The notes under the pieces are model-generated. The model was not told the DNA's origin. It made no database searches and saw only the letters and a list, made by a program, of their open reading frames with translations. This document shows positions 47,399 to 55,941 of a stretch of DNA of 64,000 bases, piece by piece; position 1 is the first letter of the stretch, and every line of letters starts with the position of its first letter. The position numbers and the translations under genes were made by a program. The DNA is from a virus: positions 50,739-114,738 of the IMG/VR virus record IMGVR_UViG_3300022885_000003, one strand, 5' to 3'.

Positions 47399-47457
47399 AT
47401 TCGATCTCCTTATTTTGTACCACCATTATAGCACCAGGAATGACTGGTGTCAACCTT

Positions 47458-47766
47458 CTACATAAACGTTAATTTGAATAAAGTAGCATCAGATTTGAGT
47501 TCAAACCGTATTACGGTTAATGGTTCATCAGTTGATGTAAAATCCACTGAATGATATCTCGCCGTTGCCCAAGCGCCATTCATATTGTCCCAAACCCATT
47601 GTAGTATTTCATCATAATCTGGAGTGCCGCCTAGGGTAATCGGAATCGTGTAAGGAAGCATAACACAATCACCGGTTTTCCTATTTTCATCTGCCGGAGC
47701 GTGTTTTTTCGCAGGACCACAATGAGCATTGTGTGTCAAATATACAGGGCATTCTAAACAATTCAT
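47458..47766 (-). CDS. Cys-rich (Zn-binding?) DA-x-x-FKL module protein
   Basis: MNCLEC...CGP...DC; IRFELKSDATLFKLTFM. Confidence 0.8.
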   Translation of the reverse strand: MNCLECPVYLTHNAHCGPAKKHAPADENRKTGDCVMLPYTIPITLGGTPDYDEILQWVWDNMNGAWATARYHSVDFTSTDEPLTVIRFELKSDATLFKLTFM

Positions 47767-47767
47767 G

Positions 47768-48079
47768 TTAATTCCAAGTTAACTTAAATTTAACAGCATC
47801 TTCTTCAAGTTCAAATTTAAATTCAAAAAGATCTTCTTCATGTTCTGGTCGGTGCCTTCTAGGAACATAAGTCCAGTCACCTTTGTTATTAGAATTTAAC
47901 CAACTTAACATGTCGAACCCGTATATAGCTGATTGATGTTCTTCTAAAGTTGGTTTTGATATTACAACTGTATATTCTAGTCGTTGACATGAATGATATT
48001 TTCGCCCGTCGATTGGATAATACCATTCATCGGTTTTGTAGCCACATGTTTCTTTAAATTGACATGTTTCACAATCCAT
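47768..48079 (-). CDS. Cys-rich DA-x-x-FKL module protein
   Basis: MDCETC...CG...SC; FKFELEEDAVKFKLTWN. Confidence 0.8.
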   Translation of the reverse strand: MDCETCQFKETCGYKTDEWYYPIDGRKYHSCQRLEYTVVISKPTLEEHQSAIYGFDMLSWLNSNNKGDWTYVPRRHRPEHEEDLFEFKFELEEDAVKFKLTWN

Positions 48080-48285
48080 TAATCATCATTCCATGTCATT
48101 TTAAATAAAATTGCTACAGAATAGTCATGAATTCTCATACCATCTCCACTAATTGTATAATCAGTCTCATCATAGCCGCGACTATCAAACCAATTCCTAA
48201 CTTTATCCATTAATTGACGAGTAGAAATCATGCTCCTGCCGCGCTTATTTCTCGGCATTAATTCATGAAACCAAAATATAGTCAT
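48079..48285 (-). CDS. Hypothetical protein, DA-x-x-FKL module family
   Basis: VRNWF...VAILFKMTWNDD. Confidence 0.7.
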   Translation of the reverse strand: MTIFWFHELMPRNKRGRSMISTRQLMDKVRNWFDSRGYDETDYTISGDGMRIHDYSVAILFKMTWNDD

Positions 48286-48286
48286 A

Positions 48287-48628
48287 TTAATCCCATGTTA
48301 ATTTAAACATAATAGCGTCTTCTTCAAATTCAAATTTAAATTGCATATAGTCATTTTTAATATTATGCCTTAAATTTTCACGATCTTCAATTTTAAAATT
48401 TGAACGGGCAGTCCAAGCACCCTTAATATTTTCTTCAATCCATGTGGTTAATTTCAAATATTCAACACCGTGCGTATGTTTTCCTCTTAATATATTGGTA
48501 ACATGTGGTAATATTAAGCAATTATCGGATTTTTGTTTATGAGGCGACTTGTAAAAAATCATGTGCCGGGCTTCAAACGGGCCACATTCATTAACAGCTT
48601 GATCGATATTACAATCGTTGCAATCCAT
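48287..48628 (-). CDS. Cys-rich DA-x-x-FKL module protein
   Basis: MDCNDC...CGP...NC; WIEENIKGAW; FKFEFEEDAIMFKLTWD. Confidence 0.8.
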   Translation of the reverse strand: MDCNDCNIDQAVNECGPFEARHMIFYKSPHKQKSDNCLILPHVTNILRGKHTHGVEYLKLTTWIEENIKGAWTARSNFKIEDRENLRHNIKNDYMQFKFEFEEDAIMFKLTWD

Positions 48629-48922
48629 TTAAATTAACATCCTAAACATCACAGCATCCTCTTCGTCTTCAAAATAGAAAAATGTTCCACCGTGATCTCC
48701 ATCTCCTTGTCTGTCTACTCCCCATCTACCCTTACATGTTTCATGAACAATTGCCATAAAATCAATTATTTTAAATCTGTTTTCTTCGTTAACAAAGACA
48801 CAGTGTTCAAATATAAATCGAAGATTTGATCTTCGCTCATATCGACTGTCTGATATAATCTCTTCATATTTTTCATCTTGCCTAATACTATATTCAAACA
48901 TTAGTTCAATATAATTTACCAT
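48629..48922 (-). CDS. Hypothetical protein, DA-x-x-FKL module family
   Basis: ETCKGRW...FYFEDEEDAVMFRMLI. Confidence 0.78.
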   Translation of the reverse strand: MVNYIELMFEYSIRQDEKYEEIISDSRYERRSNLRFIFEHCVFVNEENRFKIIDFMAIVHETCKGRWGVDRQGDGDHGGTFFYFEDEEDAVMFRMLI

Positions 48923-48930
48923 GGCTTACC

Positions 48931-49221
48931 TCACACATCTATATCCATAAATGTCATTTTTGCTAAAATTGCATCCTCTTTGAGTTCAAATTTAAATCGC
49001 ATCGGGCTTAGAGCAAGTCCTGACCTATAACTCAATGTTCCTTTGCAATTTTCATCAATCCAATCAACTACATCCGTTAAATGCCTTCCTTTTTTAAAGG
49101 GTATAATAACAAAATGTTTCAAATATATGCAATTGGAAGTTTTTGCATTTGATTCACCCGTAGTAAATAATGGTCCACATGGATCAACACTCGAATAAAT
49201 TGGGCAATTTTCACAATCCAT
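48931..49221 (-). CDS. Cys-rich DA-x-x-FKL module protein
   Basis: MDCENC...CGP...NC; WIDENCKG; FKFELKEDAILAKMTF. Confidence 0.8.
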   Translation of the reverse strand: MDCENCPIYSSVDPCGPLFTTGESNAKTSNCIYLKHFVIIPFKKGRHLTDVVDWIDENCKGTLSYRSGLALSPMRFKFELKEDAILAKMTFMDIDV

Positions 49222-49294
49222 AAACAATCTCCTAATACTAATATATTAACAAATAAATATAGATATGTCAATTAAATACAAGTATAATTAAAAT

Positions 49295-50167
49295 ATGAAC
49301 GAACATTATCAAACCCTTGGTGTCAGTAATACTGCTACTCAAGATGAAATCAAAGCTGCTTATAAAGAGCTTGCTAAAAAAAATCACCCCGATAACGGTG
49401 GTGATCCAAATAAAATGCAGAATATCAACGCCGCATGGGATGCACTTAAAACACCCGAAAAGCGTCAACAGTATGATCGCGAACAAACTATGGGAAACGC
49501 TGGCTTTCATCCGTTCAGTGGTGGCACAAGTGAGAACGCTGATATCAATTCAATATTTGAAGAAATTCGCCGAGCAAGAGGCGGACAACCATTCACAAGC
49601 ACACACTTTGGTCATGGTTTCCAGCAGGTTCGACGTAACCCAAACACAGATGTTCAATACGGCATTGACTTAAAACAAGCATATAACGGCTATTCAATAA
49701 CTGTAAAAGTTAGATTACAGACCGGGAAAGAGAAAGAATTCAAACTCGACCTACCAGCAGGTATTGAGCATGGTTCTAGACTATTGTTTAGTGGGCAAGG
49801 CACCCAGCCCAATCCCAATATACCCGCTGGTGACGTTATTTTTCATATTATGGTGCAAAATGACCAACCTGAAGGGTTTCATCGCCAAGGAGCAGATCTT
49901 TACGGAAAGGTTGTGGTGTCATCACTTGATGCAATCACTGGTTGTACCGTTGATTTTAAGAACCTGAATGATAAGACGATTCGCGTTAATATCCCAGCGG
50001 GGTCACAGCCCGGATCATTGTTAAAATGTGCGAATTATGGGTTTCCAGTACAACCAGGTATTCGAGGAAATTTATTCATAACAGTTGAAGTAAATACACC
50101 AAAAGGTCTTTCAGCCAAGCAACTTGCCCTAGTTGAAGAATTAAAAAATAAATTGAAATCAACTTGA
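49295..50167 (+). CDS. dnaJ: DnaJ/CbpA-type co-chaperone (no Zn finger)
   Basis: J-domain with HPD; G/F-rich linker; C-terminal GDV/GNL domains. Confidence 0.92.
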   Translation: MNEHYQTLGVSNTATQDEIKAAYKELAKKNHPDNGGDPNKMQNINAAWDALKTPEKRQQYDREQTMGNAGFHPFSGGTSENADINSIFEEIRRARGGQPFTSTHFGHGFQQVRRNPNTDVQYGIDLKQAYNGYSITVKVRLQTGKEKEFKLDLPAGIEHGSRLLFSGQGTQPNPNIPAGDVIFHIMVQNDQPEGFHRQGADLYGKVVVSSLDAITGCTVDFKNLNDKTIRVNIPAGSQPGSLLKCANYGFPVQPGIRGNLFITVEVNTPKGLSAKQLALVEELKNKLKST

Positions 50168-50221
50168 AATTGCGTTCATCCATACATATATTATAAATAT
50201 GCGTTATGTTTCCTTTTAAGG

Positions 50222-50249
50222 TTGACAAGTGTTATACTCAGTGTATAAT
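50222..50249 (+). promoter_or_regulatory. Sigma70-like promoter
   Basis: TTGACA-16nt-TATAAT. Confidence 0.75.
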
Positions 50250-50282
50250 GCACTGATAATTTACTTTTAGATTGGATCGAAA

Positions 50283-50732
50283 ATGAAAATGTTACAGGCT
50301 TTTATTATCGCAGCAACACTAACAGTTTCATTTGTTGTAAACGCCGTTGCGTTTGAAAGTTCACAGCTTGGTACTGTTCAGGGGAACGCGGCGGCGCAAA
50401 ACTTGTGTCGGCATTGGGTTGTTAAAGTTGAACGCAATGCAACGATAGCACAGAGCTGGTTGGTTCGACATACGAACGGTTTGAGCGGAAACAAACTCGG
50501 CGCTGGTTATCCACAATACGCGAAGATTTTCGATTATGATACAGGAAATGGTTACCGCACGTTACTTGTAGATGTTGGTTGGGAATTGCGCGACGTTAAT
50601 TACGTAATTGCACGCAACCCAAACATTCACCCAGAAACCAAAGCCGCCCAATGCGAGGCAAATGGTAAGCAAGCAAACCTGGCGGTAATTGAATTATATG
50701 AAAAGCTGAATCCAGGAGACAAAATCCCATGA
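50283..50732 (+). CDS. Secreted/periplasmic protein
   Basis: Sec-type signal MKMLQAFIIAATLTVSFVVNAVA-F. Confidence 0.7.
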   Translation: MKMLQAFIIAATLTVSFVVNAVAFESSQLGTVQGNAAAQNLCRHWVVKVERNATIAQSWLVRHTNGLSGNKLGAGYPQYAKIFDYDTGNGYRTLLVDVGWELRDVNYVIARNPNIHPETKAAQCEANGKQANLAVIELYEKLNPGDKIP

Positions 50733-51226
50733 AACTTGAACTACTTCCTGAGAACGACAAATTTCTAAAAACAGTTTGCCCACCGTTTGATTTCAAATCA
50801 ACTGATATAGATACTGTTGATCTCTCGAGAAGTATGCTTGAATTAATGCATGAAAACGACGGTATTGGGTTGGCTTGTCCACAAGTTGGCTTAAACCAAA
50901 GAATGTTTGTAATGGGGCTTGACGGGGTTGAACTTGTATGTTATAATCCTGAAATACTAAACGAATCGGGTAAAATTATAACGATCCAAGAAGGTTGTTT
51001 GAGTTATCCAGATTTGTTTATGAAGGTAAAAAGGATTGAATCTATCCAAATTCGATATCAAGATGTTTTAGGAAAGGTGAATGAGGATGAATTGACAGGA
51101 ATTTTTGCCAGGTGTTTCTTGCACGAATTAGATCACCTGAATGGTATTGTATTTTTAGATCGCGTTGGTCGAGTAACCACGCAAATGGCAAAACAGCGTA
51201 GACACAAACAAAGGAAGAAATCATAA
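50729..51226 (+). CDS. def: Peptide deformylase
   Basis: GIGLACPQ, EGCLS, HELDHL. Confidence 0.95.
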   Translation: MKLELLPENDKFLKTVCPPFDFKSTDIDTVDLSRSMLELMHENDGIGLACPQVGLNQRMFVMGLDGVELVCYNPEILNESGKIITIQEGCLSYPDLFMKVKRIESIQIRYQDVLGKVNEDELTGIFARCFLHELDHLNGIVFLDRVGRVTTQMAKQRRHKQRKKS

Positions 51227-53511
51227 TGACTATGCAACCACAATTTGATGTTTCGGAAGTTGAAAACACCCTTCGTAAAGCATCAGCCGATGCCAGTAAC
51301 AGGAACCAGCAATATGTTGTACTTGAGCATATTTTGCATGTTCTATTAACTGAAGAAACCGTTACGACGGTACTTGAAGATGCAAAGGTTGATGTTGTTG
51401 AATTGCAAAACAATGTCGAAACATATCTTTCATCAAACATGATCCCAGCAACAACTAGGCAGGTCCAGCCTAAAGAATCCGAAAATGTTATTATTGTTAT
51501 CCAGCAAACGGTTGCTCGTTGTCGCGCTGGTGGTCGGAATAAAGCAACATATTTTGATCTTCTCATTACTGTTTGTGAGCAGGACGGTTCCCACGCAGAA
51601 TACTTCTTCGGCCAGGCCGGCGGCGATCCAGCAACGTTGAAACAGGCTATCGTTGATACCACCGGTGAAGATGAACCGGATATGATTATGACCCCAATGG
51701 GGCCGATGCCCAATCCGAACGCCAAGAAGGCGGCGATGACGGAGAAGAAGGCGAAAGAAGTTCTTGAAAAGTTCTGCATGAATCTTAATGAACGCGCCAA
51801 GGACGCCAAAATCGATCCACTAATCGGGCGAGAAGACGAGATCCTGGACACCGTTCATATTGTTTCTCGACGCACTAAGAACAATGTTGTGCTAACCGGT
51901 GAACCCGGTGTTGGTAAGACGGCTATCGCTGAAGGGCTTGCAAAGCTTATCGTCGAGGAAAATGTTCCAGACACTGTAAAGGAAGCGGTTGTTTACAGTT
52001 TGAACATCGGCGCCCTAATTGCCGGTACCAAATATCGAGGAGAATTTGAAGAACGGATGCAGGACATTCTCGAAGCACTTGAGTTCGTTGATACCCCGAT
52101 CCTGTTTATTGACGAAATTCACATGATCATGGGCGCCGGGTCCGGTGGTAGTGGTAGCATGGACGTTGCTAATCTCTTGAAGCCAGCGTTGGCTAAGGGT
52201 TATTTGCGCTGTATCGGCTCCACTACGCTTGAAGAATTCCGAAAGCATTTTGAAAAGGACCGGGCACTGCTTCGTCGCTTTACAAAGGTCGCTGTTGAGG
52301 AGCCGTCAATTGACGACAGTATCAGGATCCTTGAAGGCCTCAAGTCCTACTATGAAGATTTCCATAAGGTAACGTATGATTCAGAAGGACTGGCTTTAGC
52401 TGTTAAATTGACAGACCGTTATATTACAAATCGTTTCCTTCCTGATAAGGCGATTGATGTTATGGACGCGGCTGGTGCCCGGCAGCGTATCCGGCCTGCC
52501 GAAGAACGTGTTGATATCATCACCTCGGAACTAATCGAAGACGAAGTTTCAAGACTTGCGAAAATTCCTCCTCAGACAGTTAAGGAAGATGAAGCGGCCA
52601 AGTTAGAACGACTCGGCGACGACCTTGAAAAGGTTGTGTTTGGTCAAGGGGATGCCCTACTTGCGTTGCAGGAAGCGGTCTATATGTCCAGGGCAGGGCT
52701 TCGAAATAAGCTCAAGACGCAAGGAGCGTTTTTGTTTACTGGACCAACTGGTGTTGGTAAGACTGAGTCAGCTAAACAGCTTGCCGCTACACTGGGTATT
52801 GAACTGGTTCGATTCGATATGTCGGAATACATGGAGAAGCATACCGTATCCAAGCTTATCGGTGCACCTCCAGGATATGTTGGCTTCGAAGATGGTGGTG
52901 CCGGGTCAGGACTATTGACCAACGAAATTGAGCAGCATCCACATTCTGTGCTATTGCTCGACGAAATTGAGAAGGCTCACCCAGACGTGATGAACGTTCT
53001 CCTACAAGTTATGGATAACGGTCGCCTTACCAATAGCGACGGTAAGACTGTTGATTTCCGGAACGTGATCTTGATTTTGACCACAAACCTTGGTGCAACT
53101 GAGCGAGATAAACCATCGATTGGCTTTACTTCAGCTGATAACGACGATGCCGATGTGAAGGTTATCGAGAAGGCATTGAGCCCAGAGTTCCGAAACCGGC
53201 TTGATGCAATCGTCCGCTTCAAGAAGCTTAGTCAGGATATCATGATCAAGGTGGTAAACAAGTTCTTGAAGGCAACCGCTGAACTCGCAGTTGAGCGAGA
53301 CGTGACGATCATAGTAACCGACGCTGGGCGTGAATGGCTTGCCGATAAGGGTTACGACCCAAAGATGGGCGCTCGGCCTCTAGAGCGAGTCATTAACAAT
53401 AACATCGTAAAGCCAATGAGTCGAGAAATGTTGTTCGGTCAGCTAGTCGGCGGCGGCACGGCAACTGTTGATCTTGCAGATGATGCACTAGTCATTACAT
53501 ATAGCAAGTAA
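51226..53511 (+). CDS. clpA: ATP-dependent Clp protease ATP-binding subunit ClpA-like
   Basis: Clp N-domain; two AAA+ modules ([16 protein letters not shown]); IGF ClpP-docking loop; no ClpB coiled coil. Confidence 0.93.
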   Translation: MTMQPQFDVSEVENTLRKASADASNRNQQYVVLEHILHVLLTEETVTTVLEDAKVDVVELQNNVETYLSSNMIPATTRQVQPKESENVIIVIQQTVARCRAGGRNKATYFDLLITVCEQDGSHAEYFFGQAGGDPATLKQAIVDTTGEDEPDMIMTPMGPMPNPNAKKAAMTEKKAKEVLEKFCMNLNERAKDAKIDPLIGREDEILDTVHIVSRRTKNNVVLTGEPGVGKTAIAEGLAKLIVEENVPDTVKEAVVYSLNIGALIAGTKYRGEFEERMQDILEALEFVDTPILFIDEIHMIMGAGSGGSGSMDVANLLKPALAKGYLRCIGSTTLEEFRKHFEKDRALLRRFTKVAVEEPSIDDSIRILEGLKSYYEDFHKVTYDSEGLALAVKLTDRYITNRFLPDKAIDVMDAAGARQRIRPAEERVDIITSELIEDEVSRLAKIPPQTVKEDEAAKLERLGDDLEKVVFGQGDALLALQEAVYMSRAGLRNKLKTQGAFLFTGPTGVGKTESAKQLAATLGIELVRFDMSEYMEKHTVSKLIGAPPGYVGFEDGGAGSGLLTNEIEQHPHSVLLLDEIEKAHPDVMNVLLQVMDNGRLTNSDGKTVDFRNVILILTTNLGATERDKPSIGFTSADNDDADVKVIEKALSPEFRNRLDAIVRFKKLSQDIMIKVVNKFLKATAELAVERDVTIIVTDAGREWLADKGYDPKMGARPLERVINNNIVKPMSREMLFGQLVGGGTATVDLADDALVITYSK

Positions 53512-53521
53512 GGATATTTAC

Positions 53522-53544
53522 GGGAGGGTAGTTTCTGCCCTCCC
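53522..53544 (+). terminator. Hairpin terminator after clpA
   Basis: gggagggtag-ttt-ctgccctccc. Confidence 0.65.
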
Positions 53545-53592
53545 ATTCCTTATGAATATAATTTAAAATACAAAAATAATAGGAAATTATAA

Positions 53593-54369
53593 ATGGGGGC
53601 GGGTGCATCAAAGCTAGACAAACTCGTGTTGGATTGCGAAAAAAATAATATCAAATGCTCTAGAATTTTGAAATTATTTTACAAGAAATATCCGTACAAA
53701 TTAGTTATGTCAGGCGAATATCTAAAATCATCGCAACGTCCACCACCATCATATAAAAAAGAAAAGCTAGGCACTTATGCACTGCTTATGTTACACTTGG
53801 GATCTTGTTTTGGCAAGGAAAAAACCATTGATCTATTAGATAACAATGATATTAAAATATATAATAGCCAAAGCACGAATATTTTTTTTAAAAATGAAGA
53901 TGAATTTATAAAATTTGTGCAATTGTCTAAAGAATATATAAAGGAAATATCTGTTATTGAATCTACAGATTTATTAGAACTTTTAGATAATGATCACGAA
54001 GTAATTTTTAAGAAACAATATTACTTTAAGAAATTTCCATTTCGTGTTCAGATGTCAAGTTATACAGTAGATGCTTCTCTAGAACAGATGGGTTTAATAA
54101 TACAGGAGACAGGAAACCGTTTCACGGTGGGGTTGAGGTATCGATATGATGCAGTATTCGAAAGGCATAAAAAGAATGCTCGGCAAGAATATTTCGAGGA
54201 TTGGGCTAAAGATAATTTACAGAACCCATTTCAACGTTGTAGAGTACGTGGTAAACAGGAGGTGCCGACGATATTTTTCTTAGAATGCCAGGACGTTATT
54301 TTGTTTAAGATGCAATTTACAGATTATATAACCAACATCGATAGAATCACATTACTTGATCAGGGATAA
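53593..54369 (+). CDS. Two-repeat protein related to the DA-x-x-FKL module
   Basis: LFYKKYPYKL...IFFKNEDEFIKF and YYFKKFPFRV...IFFLECQDVILFKMQF. Confidence 0.7.
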   Translation: MGAGASKLDKLVLDCEKNNIKCSRILKLFYKKYPYKLVMSGEYLKSSQRPPPSYKKEKLGTYALLMLHLGSCFGKEKTIDLLDNNDIKIYNSQSTNIFFKNEDEFIKFVQLSKEYIKEISVIESTDLLELLDNDHEVIFKKQYYFKKFPFRVQMSSYTVDASLEQMGLIIQETGNRFTVGLRYRYDAVFERHKKNARQEYFEDWAKDNLQNPFQRCRVRGKQEVPTIFFLECQDVILFKMQFTDYITNIDRITLLDQG

Positions 54370-54375
54370 AAAATT

Positions 54376-54741
54376 ATGAATGACAATCTTGTACAGGCGT
54401 TAATTAAAGACGGAATTATTAGGGAAGACACTGAATTCGTTGCTAAATATCTAGGTACTGGTTTAGATGGTGAATGCAACCAAAAGGTTTCTGGGTTATT
54501 TGTTACTAAATCAGTGGTGAAAACAAAAGGTAAGATTGTTATCAAGGCTATTAATAAAAGCAATAATCAACTATACCGGATCATTCCTGAAAACGTTATA
54601 GAATTGGATGGTATGGACCCAATTAGATTAGCCAAGATATTCAATATTAAGCCTGATGGTACAAGGCAAAAGGTCAAACTTGATGAATTTGGTAACCCTG
54701 TTCGTCCTGGTAGGAAGCCAAAAACATATAAAAAGGAATAA
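54376..54741 (+). CDS. Hypothetical protein
   Basis: IELDGMDP.RLA...I..DG; basic C-terminus PGRKPK. Confidence 0.72.
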   Translation: MNDNLVQALIKDGIIREDTEFVAKYLGTGLDGECNQKVSGLFVTKSVVKTKGKIVIKAINKSNNQLYRIIPENVIELDGMDPIRLAKIFNIKPDGTRQKVKLDEFGNPVRPGRKPKTYKKE

Positions 54742-54742
54742 A

Positions 54743-55165
54743 ATGGCTAAAATAATTGAGTTTGAAGGATCTCCAGTTCACAAATTGAAACGTGAACTGG
54801 AGGAGAAAAACAAAGAAATAGAAATACTTAGGCAGCAAATACGTGTCACTACACAACGATTAGCATCTGTTATATCTGTTAACGATATGTTGAAATTGCA
54901 AATTAACGATATGCAAACCAATCTTCAGTATTTGAAATACCAAATCAAGAATACTGAAAATAATCTAATTGTATTAAAATCCAAATTACCAGATTTATCA
55001 GGATTAGAGGCGGCGCTTATGTCAATTGATTTACGTAGGAAATTCGAAAATGAGCAGGAAGTTAACCTAAATCCTACTGACACCAAGCTTAGTTTTGAAA
55101 TTGAGGGTGAGAATGATAAACCGGAAAAACCAACATTCAACCCAGAAATCCCACCAAAAGATTAA
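54743..55165 (+). CDS. Coiled-coil protein
   Basis: AAGGA SD; heptad pattern. Confidence 0.68.
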   Translation: MAKIIEFEGSPVHKLKRELEEKNKEIEILRQQIRVTTQRLASVISVNDMLKLQINDMQTNLQYLKYQIKNTENNLIVLKSKLPDLSGLEAALMSIDLRRKFENEQEVNLNPTDTKLSFEIEGENDKPEKPTFNPEIPPKD

Positions 55166-55548
55166 TGGTTCATTAATACTCTAGAAATTGCACCGATTGC
55201 TTGAATTTGTTCCACGGTTTGTGGTGGTGGAACAATTTGGCTACGGTCAACTCTTACACGAACAAAAACGAAGTTTCCTTGGAAAGTGTATGCATGTATA
55301 CCAGTATCGGAATCATAATCAAGAAATGGATCACAAACTGTTAAGGACACTGGGAACCAATCCTCGTCAGTTGGTTCGTTGGCTAATGTAGCTTCTAACC
55401 AAAATCGCCCAGTAAAATCAATAGTTTGGATTGAAACAGTATGAAGACCGTCCTTTTCGCCGAACCATCCATCCCCACGTACAGGATCACCAGTAACGTC
55501 AACCAACCCGCCGGTATTTCCCATTAAAACTAATGATGTTTGAGACAT
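55162..55548 (-). CDS. Probable virion beta-sandwich protein
   Basis: GDGWFG..DGLHTVS...F.GRF.LEATL...P...DWF...FQGNFVFVR. Confidence 0.7.
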   Translation of the reverse strand: MSQTSLVLMGNTGGLVDVTGDPVRGDGWFGEKDGLHTVSIQTIDFTGRFWLEATLANEPTDEDWFPVSLTVCDPFLDYDSDTGIHAYTFQGNFVFVRVRVDRSQIVPPPQTVEQIQAIGAISRVLMNH

Positions 55549-55557
55549 ATTGTATCC

Positions 55558-55869
55558 TTAAATATCTTCTAGTTCTTTAGCAATTGCCGCTGCTTCTTCG
55601 TCAATTTGTTTGGCAATTTCACGAGCATGTTGAATATACTCGAATGTTTCAGCAATGGCTTCCTTGCTTACCATTCTATTTACAACAGAAAAAGAATTAG
55701 CAGATTTATCAGCTTTCTCTAAATATTCTTCAGCTTGTCTTAGACGAGCAATTTGTTCTTCGCTTAGAAAGCGAGATGCTTTTTTAGCGCGATTTAATAC
55801 ACCATAAACTTCTTTCATTAGATATGCTCGGCGATCTACGGCCTTCATTTTACGCAAAGATTTATACAT
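55558..55869 (-). CDS. Hypothetical helical protein
   Basis: GGAG SD before ATG 55869; TAAATA upstream. Confidence 0.7.
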   Translation of the reverse strand: MYKSLRKMKAVDRRAYLMKEVYGVLNRAKKASRFLSEEQIARLRQAEEYLEKADKSANSFSVVNRMVSKEAIAETFEYIQHAREIAKQIDEEAAAIAKELEDI

Positions 55870-55941
55870 TACAAATGTTCTCCAAATATTAAATATTGTT
55901 AAAACGTTAATAATATTTAGCACATATGGATTCTTTTATAA

